Source: Chiloscyllium plagiosum (Eukaryota). From it: a stretch of DNA of 57,088 nt. The DNA is taken from contig NC_057727.1 in assembly GCF_004010195.1 (NCBI RefSeq), positions 28,570,684-28,627,771 of the forward strand, written 5' to 3'. The position numbers and the translations under genes are program-made. Below the pieces are notes generated by a model, which made no database searches, was not told where the DNA came from, and saw only the letters and a list, made by a program, of their open reading frames with translations. Positions 13,798 through 27,189 of this stretch are shown here, piece by piece (position 1 is the first letter of the stretch; each line of letters starts with the position of its first letter).

Positions 13798-13888
13798 CCA
13801 ACAGGGAAGTCACTGAATATCAATCAAATATCTGACTTTAGGTATCTCAGTCAAGTGACACCACATCAGGTATCTGGTTCAATAATCC
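13798..13888. repeat. Arm 2 of the perfect 91-bp inverted repeat
   Basis: CCAACAGGGAAG...TTCAATAATCC is the reverse complement of 13100-13190. Confidence 0.93.
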
Positions 13889-15044
13889 ATCCACATTATG
13901 TTAACTAAAGAGCAAATGACCTTTCTTGTTGAATTCTAACAAAAATTACAACCAATTTACAGTTATAATGCTCAATTTTTTTGCATGCACTATTCAATCA
14001 AAGGTAATTACATATTAGTTATACAGAGATTCAGCCTATCAATTCTGTCCTGGTCATCTCAAGAAATAAGTGACAATAAAAATCATGAAAATAAAAAGCA
14101 TACAATATGTAAAAATAACCTTGATCAACTCAGGGATGTTCATCAAGTGCAAAATAAAGTGAGCAGAAAAAATGCAAGGGATATCAATTTTTTTAAAATT
14201 ATGTTCAAAAAAGATGGAGTGGGAGCATATCGTTAATTAAAATTAGAAAATGGTGAACATGCTTAATAATTACCTTGTATCAGCAGACAAAATAATCAGC
14301 ATGCTTAACATCCAGAAGTAACTACCATTAAATGAGGGACAGTGATGAACCAAAAATAATACAAGGACCTAAAGGAAAATTGTTACCCTGGTTAGGTAAT
14401 CTGCTGAGTGGTTGGAAATGAGAAAATAAATGTGACAGCGAGGTTCTCTATTTGGCAGGATGTGACTTTAGCGTAATGCAAGGATCTGCATTGGGGACTT
14501 CAATCAATCATGGAGATGCTAAGGTAGAACACCACATATCCAAGCTTGTCCAGGATATATAGATAAGCAACACATGTTGTACAAACAAAATCATATTGCA
14601 TCAATAGCTCTAATTTTATTTGAATTAACAATATTAGCAAATGAATTAATGTGGGCAACGTATGTACTTGAGCTATGCAAAGCCCTGGTTTGACAACAGC
14701 TGAACTACTATGAGCAGTTCAACCAATAGGATTGTCCCATTCCATTTCCAGTGATGTAACTTGTCCTATATTTCTTTCATGAGCTAGTCATCTGAGAATC
14801 ACCTTTTGCAGCTTGTGTAGTGACAATATGTTCCCATTAACCTGAAGCTGATGGTAAAATGCTCAAATAGCAGCCAAACTTACAGACAGCAGATTCAAAA
14901 TTCCATGTATTTTCATTCACTGAAAATCTTAAACACCCCATCAACCCCAGTTGAAGTGGCACTTCCTTCATTTCATTTTTAAAAAAGTTGATCACTGCCT
15001 GGACTCCACAGGTTAAATTACAATGGACAGATCACATACTAGGC

Positions 15045-17240
15045 GACATAGCTATGGAGAAGGAGAGGACTAGGCAAAATGGAAGGATATTTAATTGGGG
15101 AAGAGGAAACTATGATGTGATTAGACATGAGTTAGGAAGCATGGATTGGGAGCAATTGTTCCATGGTCAAGGCACTATAGACATGTGGAGACTGTTTAAG
15201 GAACAGTTGTTGCAAGTGATGAATAAATATGTCCCTCTGAGACAGGCAAGAAGTGGTAAGATAAAGGAACCTTGGATGACAAGAGCGGTGGAGCTTCTCA
15301 TCAAAAGGAAAAAGGTAGCTTACATAAGGTGGAGGATGCTAGGGTCAAGCTCAGCTCGAGCGGATTACAGGCAGGCAAGGAAGGAGCTCAAAAATTGTCT
15401 GAGGAGAGCCAGGAGGGGGCACGAGAAAGGCTTGGCAGAACGGATTAGGGAGAACACAAAGGCATTTTAAACGTATGTGAGGAATAAGAGAATGGTCAAA
15501 GAAAGAGTAGGGCCGATCAGGGATAGCACAGGGAATTTGTGTGTGGAGTCTGAGGAGTTAGGGGAAGCCCTAAATGAGTTTTTTGCTTCTGCCTTTACGA
15601 AAGAAACGAACTTTGTAGTGAATGAAACCTTTGAAGAGCAGGTATGCATGCTGGAATGGATAGAGATAGAGGAAGCTGATGTGCTGAAAATTTGTCAAAC
15701 ATTAAAGATTGACAAGTCACCAGGGCCGGACCAGATTTGTCCTTGGCTGCTTTGGGAAAAGAGAAATGCAATTGCTTCGCCACTTGCGAAGATCTTTGCA
15801 TCCTCGCTCTCCACTGGAGTCGTACCTGAGGAATGGAGAGAGGCAAATGTAATTCCTCTCTTCAAGAAAGGAAATAGGGAAATCCCCAGCAATTACAGAC
15901 CAGTAAGTCTCACGTCTGTCGTCTGCAAGGTGTTAGAAAGGATTCTGAGGGATAGGATTTATGACCATCTGGAAGAGTATGGCTTGATTAAATGCAGTCA
16001 ACATGGCTTTGTGAGGGGCAGGTCATGCCTCACAAACCTTATCGAGTTCTTTGAGGATGTGACTAGAAAAGTTGATGAGGATTGAGCAGTGGATGTGGTG
16101 TATATGGACTTCAGCAAGGCATTTGATAAGGTTCCCCATGGTATGCTCATTCAGAAGGCCAGGAGGAATGGGATACAGGGGAACTTAGCTGTCTGGATAC
16201 TGAATTGGCTGGCCAACAGAAGACAGCGAGTGGTAGTAGAAGGAAAATATTCTGCCTGGAAGTCTGTGGTGAGTGGTGTTCCACAGGGCTCTGTCCTTGG
16301 GCCTCTACGGTTTGTAATTTTTATTAATGACTTGGATGAGGGGATTGAAGGAAGGGTCAGCAAGTTTGCAGATGACACAAAGGTTGGAGGTGTCGTTGAC
16401 AGTACAGAGGGCTGTTGTAGGCTGCAGCAGGACATTGACAGGATGCAGAGATTGGCTGAGAGGTGGCAGATGGAGTTCAACCTGGATAAATGTGAGGTGA
16501 TGCATTTTGGAAGGTCGAATATGAAAGATAAGTACAGGATTAAGGATAGGATTCTTGCCAGTGTGCAGGAACAGAGGGATCTTGGTGTGCAGGTACATAG
16601 ATCCCTTAAAATGGCCACCCAAGTGGACAGTGTTGTTAAGAAAGCATATGGTGTTTCGGCTTTCATTAACGGGGGATTGAGTTTAAGAGTCGTGAGATCT
16701 TGTTGCAGCTCTATAAAACTTTGGTTAGACCACACTTGGAATACTGCATCCAGTTTCTGGTTGCCCTATTATAGGAAAGATGTGGATGCTTTGGAGAGGG
16801 TTCAGAGGAGGTTTACCAGGATGCTGCCTGGAATGGAGGGCTTATCTTATGAAGAGAGGTTGACTGAGCTCGGACTTTTTTCATTGGAGAAAAAGAGGAG
16901 GAGAAGGGACCTAACTGAGGTATTCAAGATAATGAGAGGCATAGATAGAGTCAATAGCCAGAGACTATTTCCCAGGGCAGAAATGACTAACTTGAGGGGT
17001 CATAGTTTTAAGCTGGTTGGAGGAAAGTATAGAGGCGGGTTCTTTACAGAGAGTTGAGAGAGCATGGAATGCATTGCCAGCAGCAGTTGTGGAAGCAAGG
17101 TCATTGGGGACATTTAAGAGACTACTGACATGCATATGGTCACCGAAATTTGAAGGTGCATACATGAGGATCAGTGGTCGGCACAACATCATGGGCTGAA
17201 GGGCCTGTTCTGTGCTGTACTGTACTGTTCTATGTTCTAT
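15045..17240 (+). mobile_element. 5'-truncated CR1 LINE ORF2 (RT) with stops and frameshifts
   Basis: DFSKAFDKV, GVPQGSVLGP, FADDTK motifs; TTCTATGTTCTAT tail. Confidence 0.95.
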
Positions 17241-17261
17241 TAATGACTATTTAGAAGGTTG

Positions 17262-19221
17262 TTGTGGTTCTGTTCGCCGAGCTGGGAATTTGTGTTGCAG
17301 ACATTTCGTCCCCTATCTAGGTGACATCCTCAGTGCTTGGGAGCCTCCTGTGAAGCGCTTCTGGTGATCTTTCCTCCGGCATTTGTAGTGGTTTGAATCT
17401 GCCGCTCCCGGTTGTCAGTTCCAGCTATCCGTTGCAGTGGCCAGTATATTGGTTCCAGGTCGATGTGCTTATTGATTGAATCTGTGGATGAGTGCCATGC
17501 CTCTAGGAATTCCCTGGCTGTTCTCTGTTTGGCTTGTCCTATAATACTAGTGTTGTCCCAGTCGAATTCATGTTACTTGTCATCTGCGTGTGTGGCTACT
17601 AAGGATAGCTGGTTGTGTTGTTTCGTGGCTAGTTGGTGTTCATGGATGCGGATCGTTAGCTGTCTTCCCGTTTGTCTGTGTAATGTTTTGCGCAGTCCTT
17701 GCATGGCATTTTGTACACTACATTGGTTTTGCTCATGCTGGGTATCGGGTCCTTCGTCCTGGTGAGTTCTTGTCTGAGAGTGGCTGTTGGTTTGTGTGCT
17801 GTTATGAGTCCTAGTGGTTGCAGTAGTCTGGCTATCAGTTCGGAAATGCTCTTGATGTATGGTAGTGTGGCTAATTCTTTGGGTTGCGGCATGTCCTCGT
17901 TCCGTTGTCTTTCCCTTAGGCATCTGTTGATGAAATTGCACTGGTATCTGTTTTTGGCGAATACATTGTAGAGGTGTTCTTCTTCCTCTTTTTGCAGTTC
18001 TGGTGTACTGCAGTGTGTTATGGCCCTTTTGAATAGAGTCTTGATGCAACTTCTTTTGTGTGTGTTGGGGTGGTTGCTTTCGTAGTTCAGGACTTGGTCT
18101 GTGTGTGTGGCTTTCCTGTATAACTTTGTGGTGAATTCTCCATTAGGTGTTCTCTGTACCATCACGTCTAGGAATGGGAGTTGGTTGTCCTTTTCTTCCT
18201 CTCTAGTGAATCGGATTCCTGTGAGTGTGGCATTCATGATCCAGTGTGTGTTCTCTGTTTCTGTGTTTTTAATGATTACAAAAGGTATCATCCACATATT
18301 TGACCCAGAGTTTGGGTTGACTTTGCAGTAAGACTGTTTGTTCTAATCTTTGCATTACCGCTTCTGCTATGGAGTCCAGAGATGGGTGAGCCCAGGGTGT
18401 GCTGGTTGTTGAATGTGAAGTGTGTTGTGAGACACAGGTCCAGTAGTTTGAGTATGCAGTCTTTGTTGATAGGTTTCCCCGTCTTGTTGTCTGTTCTGTA
18501 TGTCCAGCAGGTTGGCTATTGTTTCTCTGGCTAGGGTTTTGGCTAGCCACTCTCAGACAACAACTCACCAGAACGAAAGACCCGATACCCAGCATGAGCA
18601 AAACCAATGTAGTGTACAAAATCCCATGCAAGGACTGCAAAAACACTACACAGACAAATAGGAAGACAGCTAACGATCCGCATCCATGAACANNNNNNNN
18701 NNNNNNNNNNNNNNGCAAAACCAATGTAGTGTACAAAATCCCATGCAAGGACTGCAAAAAACACTACACAGACAAATAGGAAGACAGCTAACGATCCGCA
18801 TCCATGAACACCAACTAGCCACGAAACAACACAACCAGCTATCCTTAGTAGCCACACACGCAGATGACAAGCAACATGAATTCGACGGGACAACACTACT
18901 ATTATAGGACAAGCTAAACAGAGAACAGCCAGGGAATTCCTAGAGGCATGGCACTCATCCACAGATTCAAATCAATAAGCACATCGACCTGGACCCAATA
19001 TACCGGCCACTGCAACGGTCAGCTGGAACTGACAACCGGAAGCGGCAGATTCAAACCACTACAAATGCCGGAGGAAAGATCACAGGAGCGCTTCACAGGA
19101 GGCTCCCAAGCACTGAGGATGTCACCCAGAGGGGACGAAATGTCTGCAACACAATTCCCAGCTCGGTGAACAGAACCACAACAACGACCACCCGAGCTAC
19201 AAATCTTTTCACAAACTTTGA
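17262..19221. mobile_element. Penelope-like element, head-to-head inverted structure (minus-strand RT + GIY-YIG 18543-17262; plus-strand 3' end 18544-19221)
   Basis: KYVDDTF, LPFLDV, YRKATHTD and VVYKMPCKDC motifs; 13-bp TSD ATTTAGAAGGTTG at 17249-17261 and 19222-19234. Confidence 0.92.
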
Positions 19222-19539
19222 ATTTAGAAGGTTGATTGGAACAAATAGGGGAGGTAGAGAGTCTGGTGAGTCTGATAACAAAAAGGTACAGTACAGAGAA
19301 CTTGAACCAGGCATTTAAGGAGTACAATTAGAAAATACTTTTACAAACAAAGTTTAGACACTTCTTTTAACAGTAAAAGATGTAAGGTCTATCATATTTT
19401 ACTTAAAGAAATTGAAGGATTTGGCCAGGGAAAAGAATATAGACTCACATCACAACTCAGTGCTAGACTAATGTTATTTGAACCTTTTTAACAAATTTTA
19501 ATAACATTATTTGATGATTAATGGAAGATGTTGTATAAA

Positions 19540-20330
19540 CATACTCGGGTGAAAGGAATAGAAGGCTACGTTTCATAATAAAAGTCTGGTGCGAACAGGT
19601 TCGTGAGCAATATGAAACTGCTGAGCATGAAGGTCTTTAAACTCTAATGCAGGCTGTTAAGTGTCTATCTTCTCATCTAACTTCGATACTCAGTGCTTCA
19701 AGATATTAGATTTGAACAAGTTTAAGTTACAGGGCAAAAGCAAACAGCAGAGACACAGCCGCGTTTCGAAATCTTCAAAGGCTTCCCAGAGAAGTAAAGC
19801 AGTTGGTACAGATCGCTACCGTTTTGCTCATTTTTTTTTTCCGCACGAAATTAAGAAACACTATCTTACCCACTCACTAGCCTTTGGGTTAAAAGTGTAC
19901 AACGCAACTTGGCTGGTCACATCAACGATACTTGAGATAAAAGGATCATTTTGCTTCAAAGCAGAGAGGCTTATATCGCGGCCTTTACTCAGGGCCTCCA
20001 TGTTGGATTTCCTAAGCTGTGTAAAGGAGAAACTCAAAAACTGTTCCCTCCCCCTGACCTCCTTCCCGGAAAGACAAACCATTCACTGCAGCAAAATATC
20101 CGCACGCTTAAACAACTCACTTTGCAGAATCAAATGGAGGAGTTTTTTTTCCCCCTTTCAATTCCCATCAGTAAAACATTAACGCATTTTGCTTAATGAG
20201 AGGTGAAACTGTAAAGGTCTGTTGACCCAAAATAAAAAAAATCCCTCCTCTTATAATAAAGGATTTTTTTTTTACGATGATTTTGCAGCCGTCTCTTCAG
20301 AAATTTCCTGGCGCACAGAATTCACTGCAA
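19540..20330. promoter_or_regulatory. CpG-retaining region around the DCP1A first exon and promoter
   Basis: Visible excess of CpG relative to flanks, surrounding the start codon. Confidence 0.6.
19870..20001 (-). CDS. DCP1A: DCP1 coding exon 1 (MEALSKGRDISLSALKQNDPFISSIVDVTSQVALYTFNPKASEW)
   Basis: ATG at 20001-19999, 44 codons, donor TGG|GTAAGA; DCP1 N-terminus; A paralog assigned from the MEALS start and divergent linkage to CACNA1D. Confidence 0.92.
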
Positions 20331-20469
20331 AGTTCTGACCATACCTTGAAATATAATAACTGATTAGTGTACACACGTTGATTTATTATTGAGAATTGAT
20401 TTTTCAAAAATTATAAAATGCCAGTGGGATGCTACTCAACCACAAAAACTCCCATTTCCTTTAAACAAA

Positions 20470-20596
20470 AATGAACTGCGGATGCTAGAAATCAGAAACA
20501 AAAACATTAAGTGCTGGAAAAACAGCAGACCTGGTAGCATCTGTAGAGACAAGCAGGGTCAATATTTCGCGTCCAATGGCCCATCTGAAGAAGGTA
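20470..20596 (-). mobile_element. Degraded PLE-type pseudo-LTR
   Basis: Reverse complement of the AGATGCTGCCAGACCTGCTG...CCAGCA terminus seen at 49415-49545. Confidence 0.55.
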
Positions 20597-21079
20597 ATTT
20601 CTGTTTTGATATCCAAATTCTCAAGACACAGAGAACACACACAAGGTGTCCAATTCTTTATTCAATTTCCACCACAGGAAGAAAGGAAACACCCAAGTGG
20701 CCAGTGACAAGCAGTGCCCTTCTCAGAGGGCATTGCTGTGTGATCAAACAGTAAAGGGGAGGGCAGGGATTAAATCAAAATAGAGTGGGGGGGGGGGGAA
20801 GACATCCCAGTTCTTCTATTCTGCAGACGAACAATCTCATTGATCAAGTCTGAATAAACGATTTTGCAATTTTAGAGACATATCAATTGTTACTTGTTTG
20901 AAACAATTATTTGTTTTATTCTACAAAACTTGAGTCTTACTAAAAACAGACAAATTTTGTCAAAGCTGTTCATCTTTAAATCATCAGGACATTCCAATAC
21001 ATATATCATATTTTACACTGAATGAATAAAGATAAAGTGATCAAAGTTTTACCATGTCATTAAAGTGATCAAAGTCTTG

Positions 21080-21230
21080 CGCTGTCATTAGAGAGACAAG
21101 GGTGGTTTAACTTGCAGTAAGGGGAGAGGTTGATAAAGGTTAATCTTTTTTAGTAATTATCTATTGTGCAGGAATTGAACCCACTGTACTTAAATATTAA
21201 CTGTATGTTGCAAACCAACTGAGCTGAAGG
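21080..21230 (-). mobile_element. tRNA-derived SINE remnant
   Basis: Minus strand AGCTCAGTTGGTT (A box) and GGTTCAATTCC (B box). Confidence 0.5.
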
Positions 21231-21934
21231 AACCTTCTCAAAGAGAGTGCTGCTTGATTGATAAATGGACTCTGTTAATAATGATTGACAGTTTACCACC
21301 AAGCTTTATTTACATGCAAACCAGGAATGTTTGCTCTGATTGGTCAAGCCATTATCCTGAGGAATGAAAAAAGGGAATACGGTCATGGTTCAGTAAAATT
21401 GTTGTGGAGAATGAAGATCCAAAGACTAGATAATAATGATTTTGAAAGTGTAATTGTAAATGAATCAGAACAGAGTTTTGTTTTCTGGCATGGTCACAAA
21501 AGGAGGTTGGGTTGTGAATGAGCGGCGAGTGAGACTGATATAAACAGACTGTGAGGTTGGACTCTTAGTCTAGGAAATGATTCTTGCTTTGGGAGTTTTG
21601 TTGAATGAATGTGCATCAGGACCTATGTTCCAATCTTGGATGAACCCTTCTGTCATGTTTCCTGTAGTCCAAGGCAAAGATTATATATAGAGAAACTTTC
21701 TCATCAACAATTGAAACATGCTGTGGCGTAATGTTCTGCCATCTGGAGGTAGCAAGAGTTCTGCAATCATTGGGTACCTCAGGGGCAGGTGTGCATCTTG
21801 TCTGTTCTCTTGTCTTGAGAAGCCTGTGTTATCTAAGGATGTATGCCTCTTTCAATATTTGAGGTGCTGTTCCTCAACATTTTGTTGCATTTTAGCCACC
21901 CATTGCAATGTGGGGCAGTCAGATTGGAGGACTT

Positions 21935-22246
21935 AGAAGATTAGAATCCCGACAGTATGGAAACAGGCCCTTCGACCCACCCAGACCCATTTCCCTATCC
22001 TATATTTACCCCGACTAATGCACCTAACACGCTGGGCAATTTAGCATGGCCAATTCACCTAACCTGCACGTCTTTGGATTGTGGGAGGAAACTGGACCAC
22101 CCAGAGGAAACCCATGCAGACACAAGAAGAATGTGCAAACTCCATACAGACAACTCGGGTTCCTGGCACTGTGAAGCAGCAGTGCTAAACATTGAGCCAC
22201 TGTGCTGCTCCAGGCCACCGTGCCGCACCTGAGCCACCGTGGCGCA
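21935..22246 (-). mobile_element. HE1-like SINE
   Basis: Reverse complement resembles 42625-42955; the 5' end GCCACCGTGCCGC motif is triplicated. Confidence 0.8.
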
Positions 22247-23254
22247 GACTATTTTTTAGTCTGCTCATGGAACTGGCCTTTAACAGGTCCAGTCAGTGAG
22301 CTGTTGAGGAAGTTAATTGATCCAATTATCTGATTCTTTTTCTCGGATATATCTGGTGTCTATGTAGATGGAGAATCAGTATCCACCAAGACTAGAATTT
22401 GTCTGTAATCCGTTATGAGGAGCACATAGCACCCTTTTTGAGGCATATTGGAAGGCTCCACTACAGCTATCTATCAATCATTCTCATAGTCCCATGGCCT
22501 GCTTGATAATTGCTTGAATTAACCCTAGAAAATGTTGTATTTCTCCCCTGCGTATGTGTTGGATCCCTAACAGGCAATAGCAGCTGTGTCTTCAATGAAC
22601 AGCCCTTGTCAACCAATATCATTCTTGACGGTGGAATGAACAAATGTTGGGGTACCTCATTGGGTCTGACATCTGGGATTTCCTCAGTATGTAAGTGTCA
22701 CAGTTGCTTGACTGAAATGTTGCAAAGACCTGGGGAATCCTTCTGTGCAGTTGCGGACAAAATGCACATTGATTGGAAGGCATTCCTGTTGATAAAGGCT
22801 GTTGGCTACATGCATGAAAACCTACACCTTGTGGGGGTGGAATCCAGAAATGTCCCTAAATCCTTCAGTACTGTCAGCCTAGCTGTCTACATTGGTACAA
22901 GAGTCCACATATTGATAGTCACTATATTCAGGAGAGCCGATCTTGATGCAGAGATGAGCTACAGACTGGGAGTTCCCACACATGTTTCCAATAGATTCCT
23001 GGAATGATCCTGAGGCAAAGAAATTCAGCACCACATCGCTCTTTCATGCCACAAACATTGAGTGCCTACCACAATGATGCAGCTCAACCCATTTGCCAAC
23101 ATAGCACATAGCTCTGTGCAAACCGACCTAGAGAGGCACAGTCCCTGGTGACACTATTTATCTGACAATTGAAGGTCGTTGAGGCTCAGCTAGTAACCCC
23201 TGTATGGCTGGTGACTTCTTCTTCATACAGGAAACTGGATGCTTGTTGATTAGT

Positions 23255-23785
23255 TTGATTTTATTCTGCTTTATTGTTGTCACATGTAACTAAGTACAGT
23301 GAAAAGTTCTGTCTTGCGAACAACATAGGCAGATTATAGCAGACAAAGACATACAGAACATAGGGTGCTTAGACAGTGAGGCATACAAAGTTACAGCTAC
23401 ATAGGCAGTGCACAAAGCTTAGATCAACACTGGATCAACATTAGGTTTGAAATTTGAGAGGTCTATTTAGCAGTTAAATAGCAGCAGGGAAGAAACTGTT
23501 CTTGTACCTGCTGGTGCATGTTTTCAAGCATCTGCATCTTCTGCCTAATGTAAGATTGGAAGAGAGTATAACTGGAGTGGGAGGAGTCTTTGATGTTGGC
23601 TGCCTTTCTACAGCAATGAGAAATATAGTTGGAGTCCATCGATGGGAGGTTGGCTTCCGTGATGATCTGGGCTGTCTGTCATTTCTTATGGTCCTGGGCA
23701 GAACAGTTGACCTGCCAAGCCATTATGGACCCAAATAGAATGCTTTCTCATCTGTAAAAGTTGGTGAGGGTCCTTATTGACCTGC
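23255..23785 (-). mobile_element. Rex1/Babar-type LINE 3' fragment
   Basis: Minus-strand LLPSGRR/NSFFP-like terminus and GACAATAAA 3' UTR; related to 27190-27600. Confidence 0.7.
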
Positions 23786-24608
23786 CAAAATTTTTGTTTA
23801 GTTTTGTTAATTGTGTTCAATTCCCAGGAAAAATGGCTGTTGCACTTTAGAAATTGTGTATTCTTGATTGCCATTTCCCTGGTTACAAAGGCGGTAGTTT
23901 ATTTTGTACTTGACAAACTCTGCAACTGTTTCAATCTGTGTTCTTTGTCCTTACCTATCCTGGACACCAAAGAGGACATCTAATTAAATGCTTTGTGAAA
24001 CATATACTGAGATATGGATCAAGACAATCCCATTGGAATTGTAATTTTTACCTTTTCAGAAATTACATACTTGACTCCCCACATAGCATAACTTTTAATG
24101 ACTGACAATTCACTCTTTTAGTCAGTGATTGTGTTGTCATCCATTTGAAATATAATTGTATACTCTTGCCAATACAGGATACCTACCAATTGTTCTACTA
24201 ATGTCTTTCAGAGCGACTGACAATTCATTAATGAAAGGAAGATACATTAGCCCCATTTGTCTCTATCTCAGCTGAGGATGTGAATCCAAACAATGCTTTG
24301 GCAATATTATGATCTCCTAACTGCTTGTACTTAATGTTTTACTGTTAGGCAGACATAATCAAAGCCTGCCTCTGCTTTCTGGTTGTTATTAAAGTGGCTA
24401 CTGGTGACTTTAGATTCAAAATAGCTCTCAATAGCTTTTAATCAGCTTTGATTGTGTGAAACTACAACATACAAGTGCGTGTGAAATTGTCTCACTCCAA
24501 AACTACGGTTTCATGTTTATCTGAATATAATGTCACTCATTGGCACAAAGAGACCATGTAGCAAATGCAACTGGTCTCTGTTTATCATACATGAGGGATA
24601 AAAGTACT

Positions 24609-25129
24609 GTACCACCCTGTAGCTCAACATTTCAATTCCCCCTCCCACTCCACCAAGGATATGCAGGTCTTTGGACTCCTCCATCGTCAGACCACAACAA
24701 AATGACGGTTGGAGGAAGAACGCCTCATCTTCCGGCTAGGAACCCTCCAACCACAAGGGATGAACTCGGATTTCACCAGTTCCCTCATTTCCCCTCCCCC
24801 CAGCCTGTCTCAGTCAAATCCATCAAATTCAGCACCACCTTCCTAACCTGCAATCTTCTTCCCGACCTCTCCGCCCCCACTCCCGTCTGACCTATCACCC
24901 TCACCTTGACCTCTTTCCACCTATCACATTTCCGACGCCCCTCCCCCAAGTCCCTCCTCCCTACCTTTTATCTTAGCCTGCTGGACAAACTTTCCCCATT
25001 CCTGAAGAAGGGCTTATGCCCGAAACATCGATTCTCCTGTTCCCTGGATGCTGCCTGACCTGCTGCGCTTTTCCAGCAACACATTTCCAGCTCTGATCTC
25101 CAGCATCTGCAGACCTCACTTTCTCCCCT
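24609..25129 (+). mobile_element. 5'-truncated Penelope-like element with hammerhead-like motif
   Basis: LEEERLIFRLGTLQPQGMN GIY-YIG C-terminus; 12-bp TSD GATAAAAGTACT at 24597-24608 and 25130-25141. Confidence 0.88.
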
Positions 25130-26560
25130 GATAAAAGTACTAACCCTGTATGGAGAGGCATCACATGCTAACTTAATCTTTTGGATGCAGCGTAATGTAT
25201 GAGCATTATACCTTCTTCCAATTTAATTTTTAAAAACTGGTATGCCTCGTACCACATTCTTATTCAATTCCATGGAACACTCAGTATTAATTCAATGGTA
25301 CAATAGGTTGTCAATTTTGATATAAACTTATTGTCATAATTCACTAAACCCAAAAATGTCCGAGCTCACAGACCATCTGAGGTGCATTTCTTAGTTCCTG
25401 AATATTATTTTAAGTAGGATATGATCCATCTTTATTTACCCTGTGACTCAAATACCGTATAGAACATTGAAACATTTCACATTGGTATCCCTTACTTGAA
25501 CTTCAACCCTATTCGAAATGTTGAAGCAACATATTCAGCCTGTCATCATGACTGTCAACTTCAAGCTGAAATAAGTATGCTATCTAAATACCAACTACTT
25601 CATGAATTCCTTTCAAAATTTGGTTCAATACCCCTTGAAAAATTCCAGGAGCTGAAGAAGAACTAAATGGCAGCCTATGAAACTGCAATAGACCCATGTG
25701 CGTATTAAGAATTAAATATGACTCTGACTCATCATCTCCCTCAAGTTGCAGACAAGCATTTTTTAAATCTAATTTTGGAGAAATCTGGCCACCTGACAAG
25801 ATTATGAATGGATTCTTCATATTTGGCAAGGTATCAGGTGGATTACATTCTAGTACATAATTTATGGTTACTTTATTATCCCCACATATTCTTGCACAAT
25901 CTTTTGACTTTGATACTACCACAATGGGAGCAGCCAACTAACTCTGTTCTATTTTAAAGATTATGTTATCAGTGTCAAGTCTTTTCAGTTCTTGATCTCT
26001 TTCTCCCTTATAGCATTGGACACTGTTCGAGGCCTGTAATAAAACCTACCTGTGTTCCTTTGTACGATGTACATTAGCCTTAAATCTTTTAATCAGTTTT
26101 CTGTTTCAGTGAATACCTGGGAAATCTTAACAATCATGTTATCATCTGTTGTGAATTTTGTTTATATGTGAAAAGCTCATTCCAATTTAATTTAAGTGCT
26201 GCTGGCTAGTTTCTTTCCTAAGAAGGTTGGCTTTTCACCTTTCACCACAATGATGTGCAATGATTCTTGAAAGCGACAGGAACCAACACATCCCCTTATG
26301 GAGATTTTCTCTTCACCATAACTTGATAACTGAGTGGTTTCTCCCTCTGATACTGACTGAACCTTTGACTTATAGAGATTTAGTATTCATGGATGCACCC
26401 ACATCAAATTCCAAGTTCACCAGTCCTCCAACCACCGCTACATGAATGACAATACAAAGTGAATTGAAAAAGGATGTTCTTCTGCTTTGGATTGTACAGG
26501 CTTCAATTTATCCCTCAATGACCTCATGCTATTTGGCCACTGAATGCAAGTGACTGCCAT

Positions 26561-26680
26561 AGGGTCGTCTTGTGCTGCAGTGGTAGTATCCCTACCCTGA
26601 ACTGAGGGGCCCGGATTCAAGTCCTACATGCTCCATAAGTGTGTAATAACATCTCTTAAAGGGTGATTAGGAAAATATTT
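26561..26680 (+). mobile_element. Short tRNA-derived SINE
   Basis: A/B-box-like head (GATTCAAGTCC); homologous copy at 36466-36576. Confidence 0.6.
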
Positions 26681-27189
26681 TTTCATTATGCATACTAGTC
26701 TCCTTTCTTTCTGCAATAACATTTTCACAGCTTTTACTCAAAATTTCATTCTGAATGTTTTGTCTTGGTTATGGAGATAAGGCCTCAAATTCTGCTGCAC
26801 CACAGATATTAATCCAATGCACTTTGATTCTCTCTGTCACACACACTTGGAAAGGCATTTGTGTACTGTCAGTTAATTATTGACATTCGTTAGACCACAT
26901 TTAAGCCTGCACTAGCAATAAATGCCACTATATAAAGAGGAAAAATAAGTATCTTGGACCACTAGTGTTTAGAATATCATTAGTACTACAAAAAGTTCCT
27001 ACTCAGCTGTCAGTATTAATGGCAACATTACCAGTATTATTGGTCCCATCACCAATGTTAATGAGCCATCACCATATTACTGGCACAATAATCAGTTTTA
27101 CTGGTACCATTAATGTGACTGTAATGGTACCAAAATCATTGGTAAAATTGTCAGTTTGACAGGCTGTCATGACTGGCAAGCTAGTCTTC

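Larger units (their letters stand above)
23800..26930 (-). mobile_element. Degraded Ty3/Gypsy LTR retrotransposon internal region (gag, protease, RT, integrase remnants), interrupted by a PLE and a SINE
   Basis: RT ORF 25584-25937 (AAPIVVV.K, RICGD.KVTIN, KLDLKNA.LQL, RLPF..SSAPGIFQ); protease-like EFDVGAS near 26400; integrase-like PVLARVYNYI.NG and MWG segments at about 23900-24240. Confidence 0.85.

Noticed and set aside
18598-18809. Tandem duplication of about 95 bp around a 22-N gap
   Set aside because: Identical sequence on both sides of a scaffold gap; most likely unmerged contig overlap
19661-20182. 173-aa plus-strand ORF
   Set aside because: Antisense shadow of DCP1A exon 1 in CpG-rich DNA; no homology recognised
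26900-27000. GPI-signal-like peptide on the minus strand
   Set aside because: Contains a stop and overlaps the probable Gypsy gag start or leader
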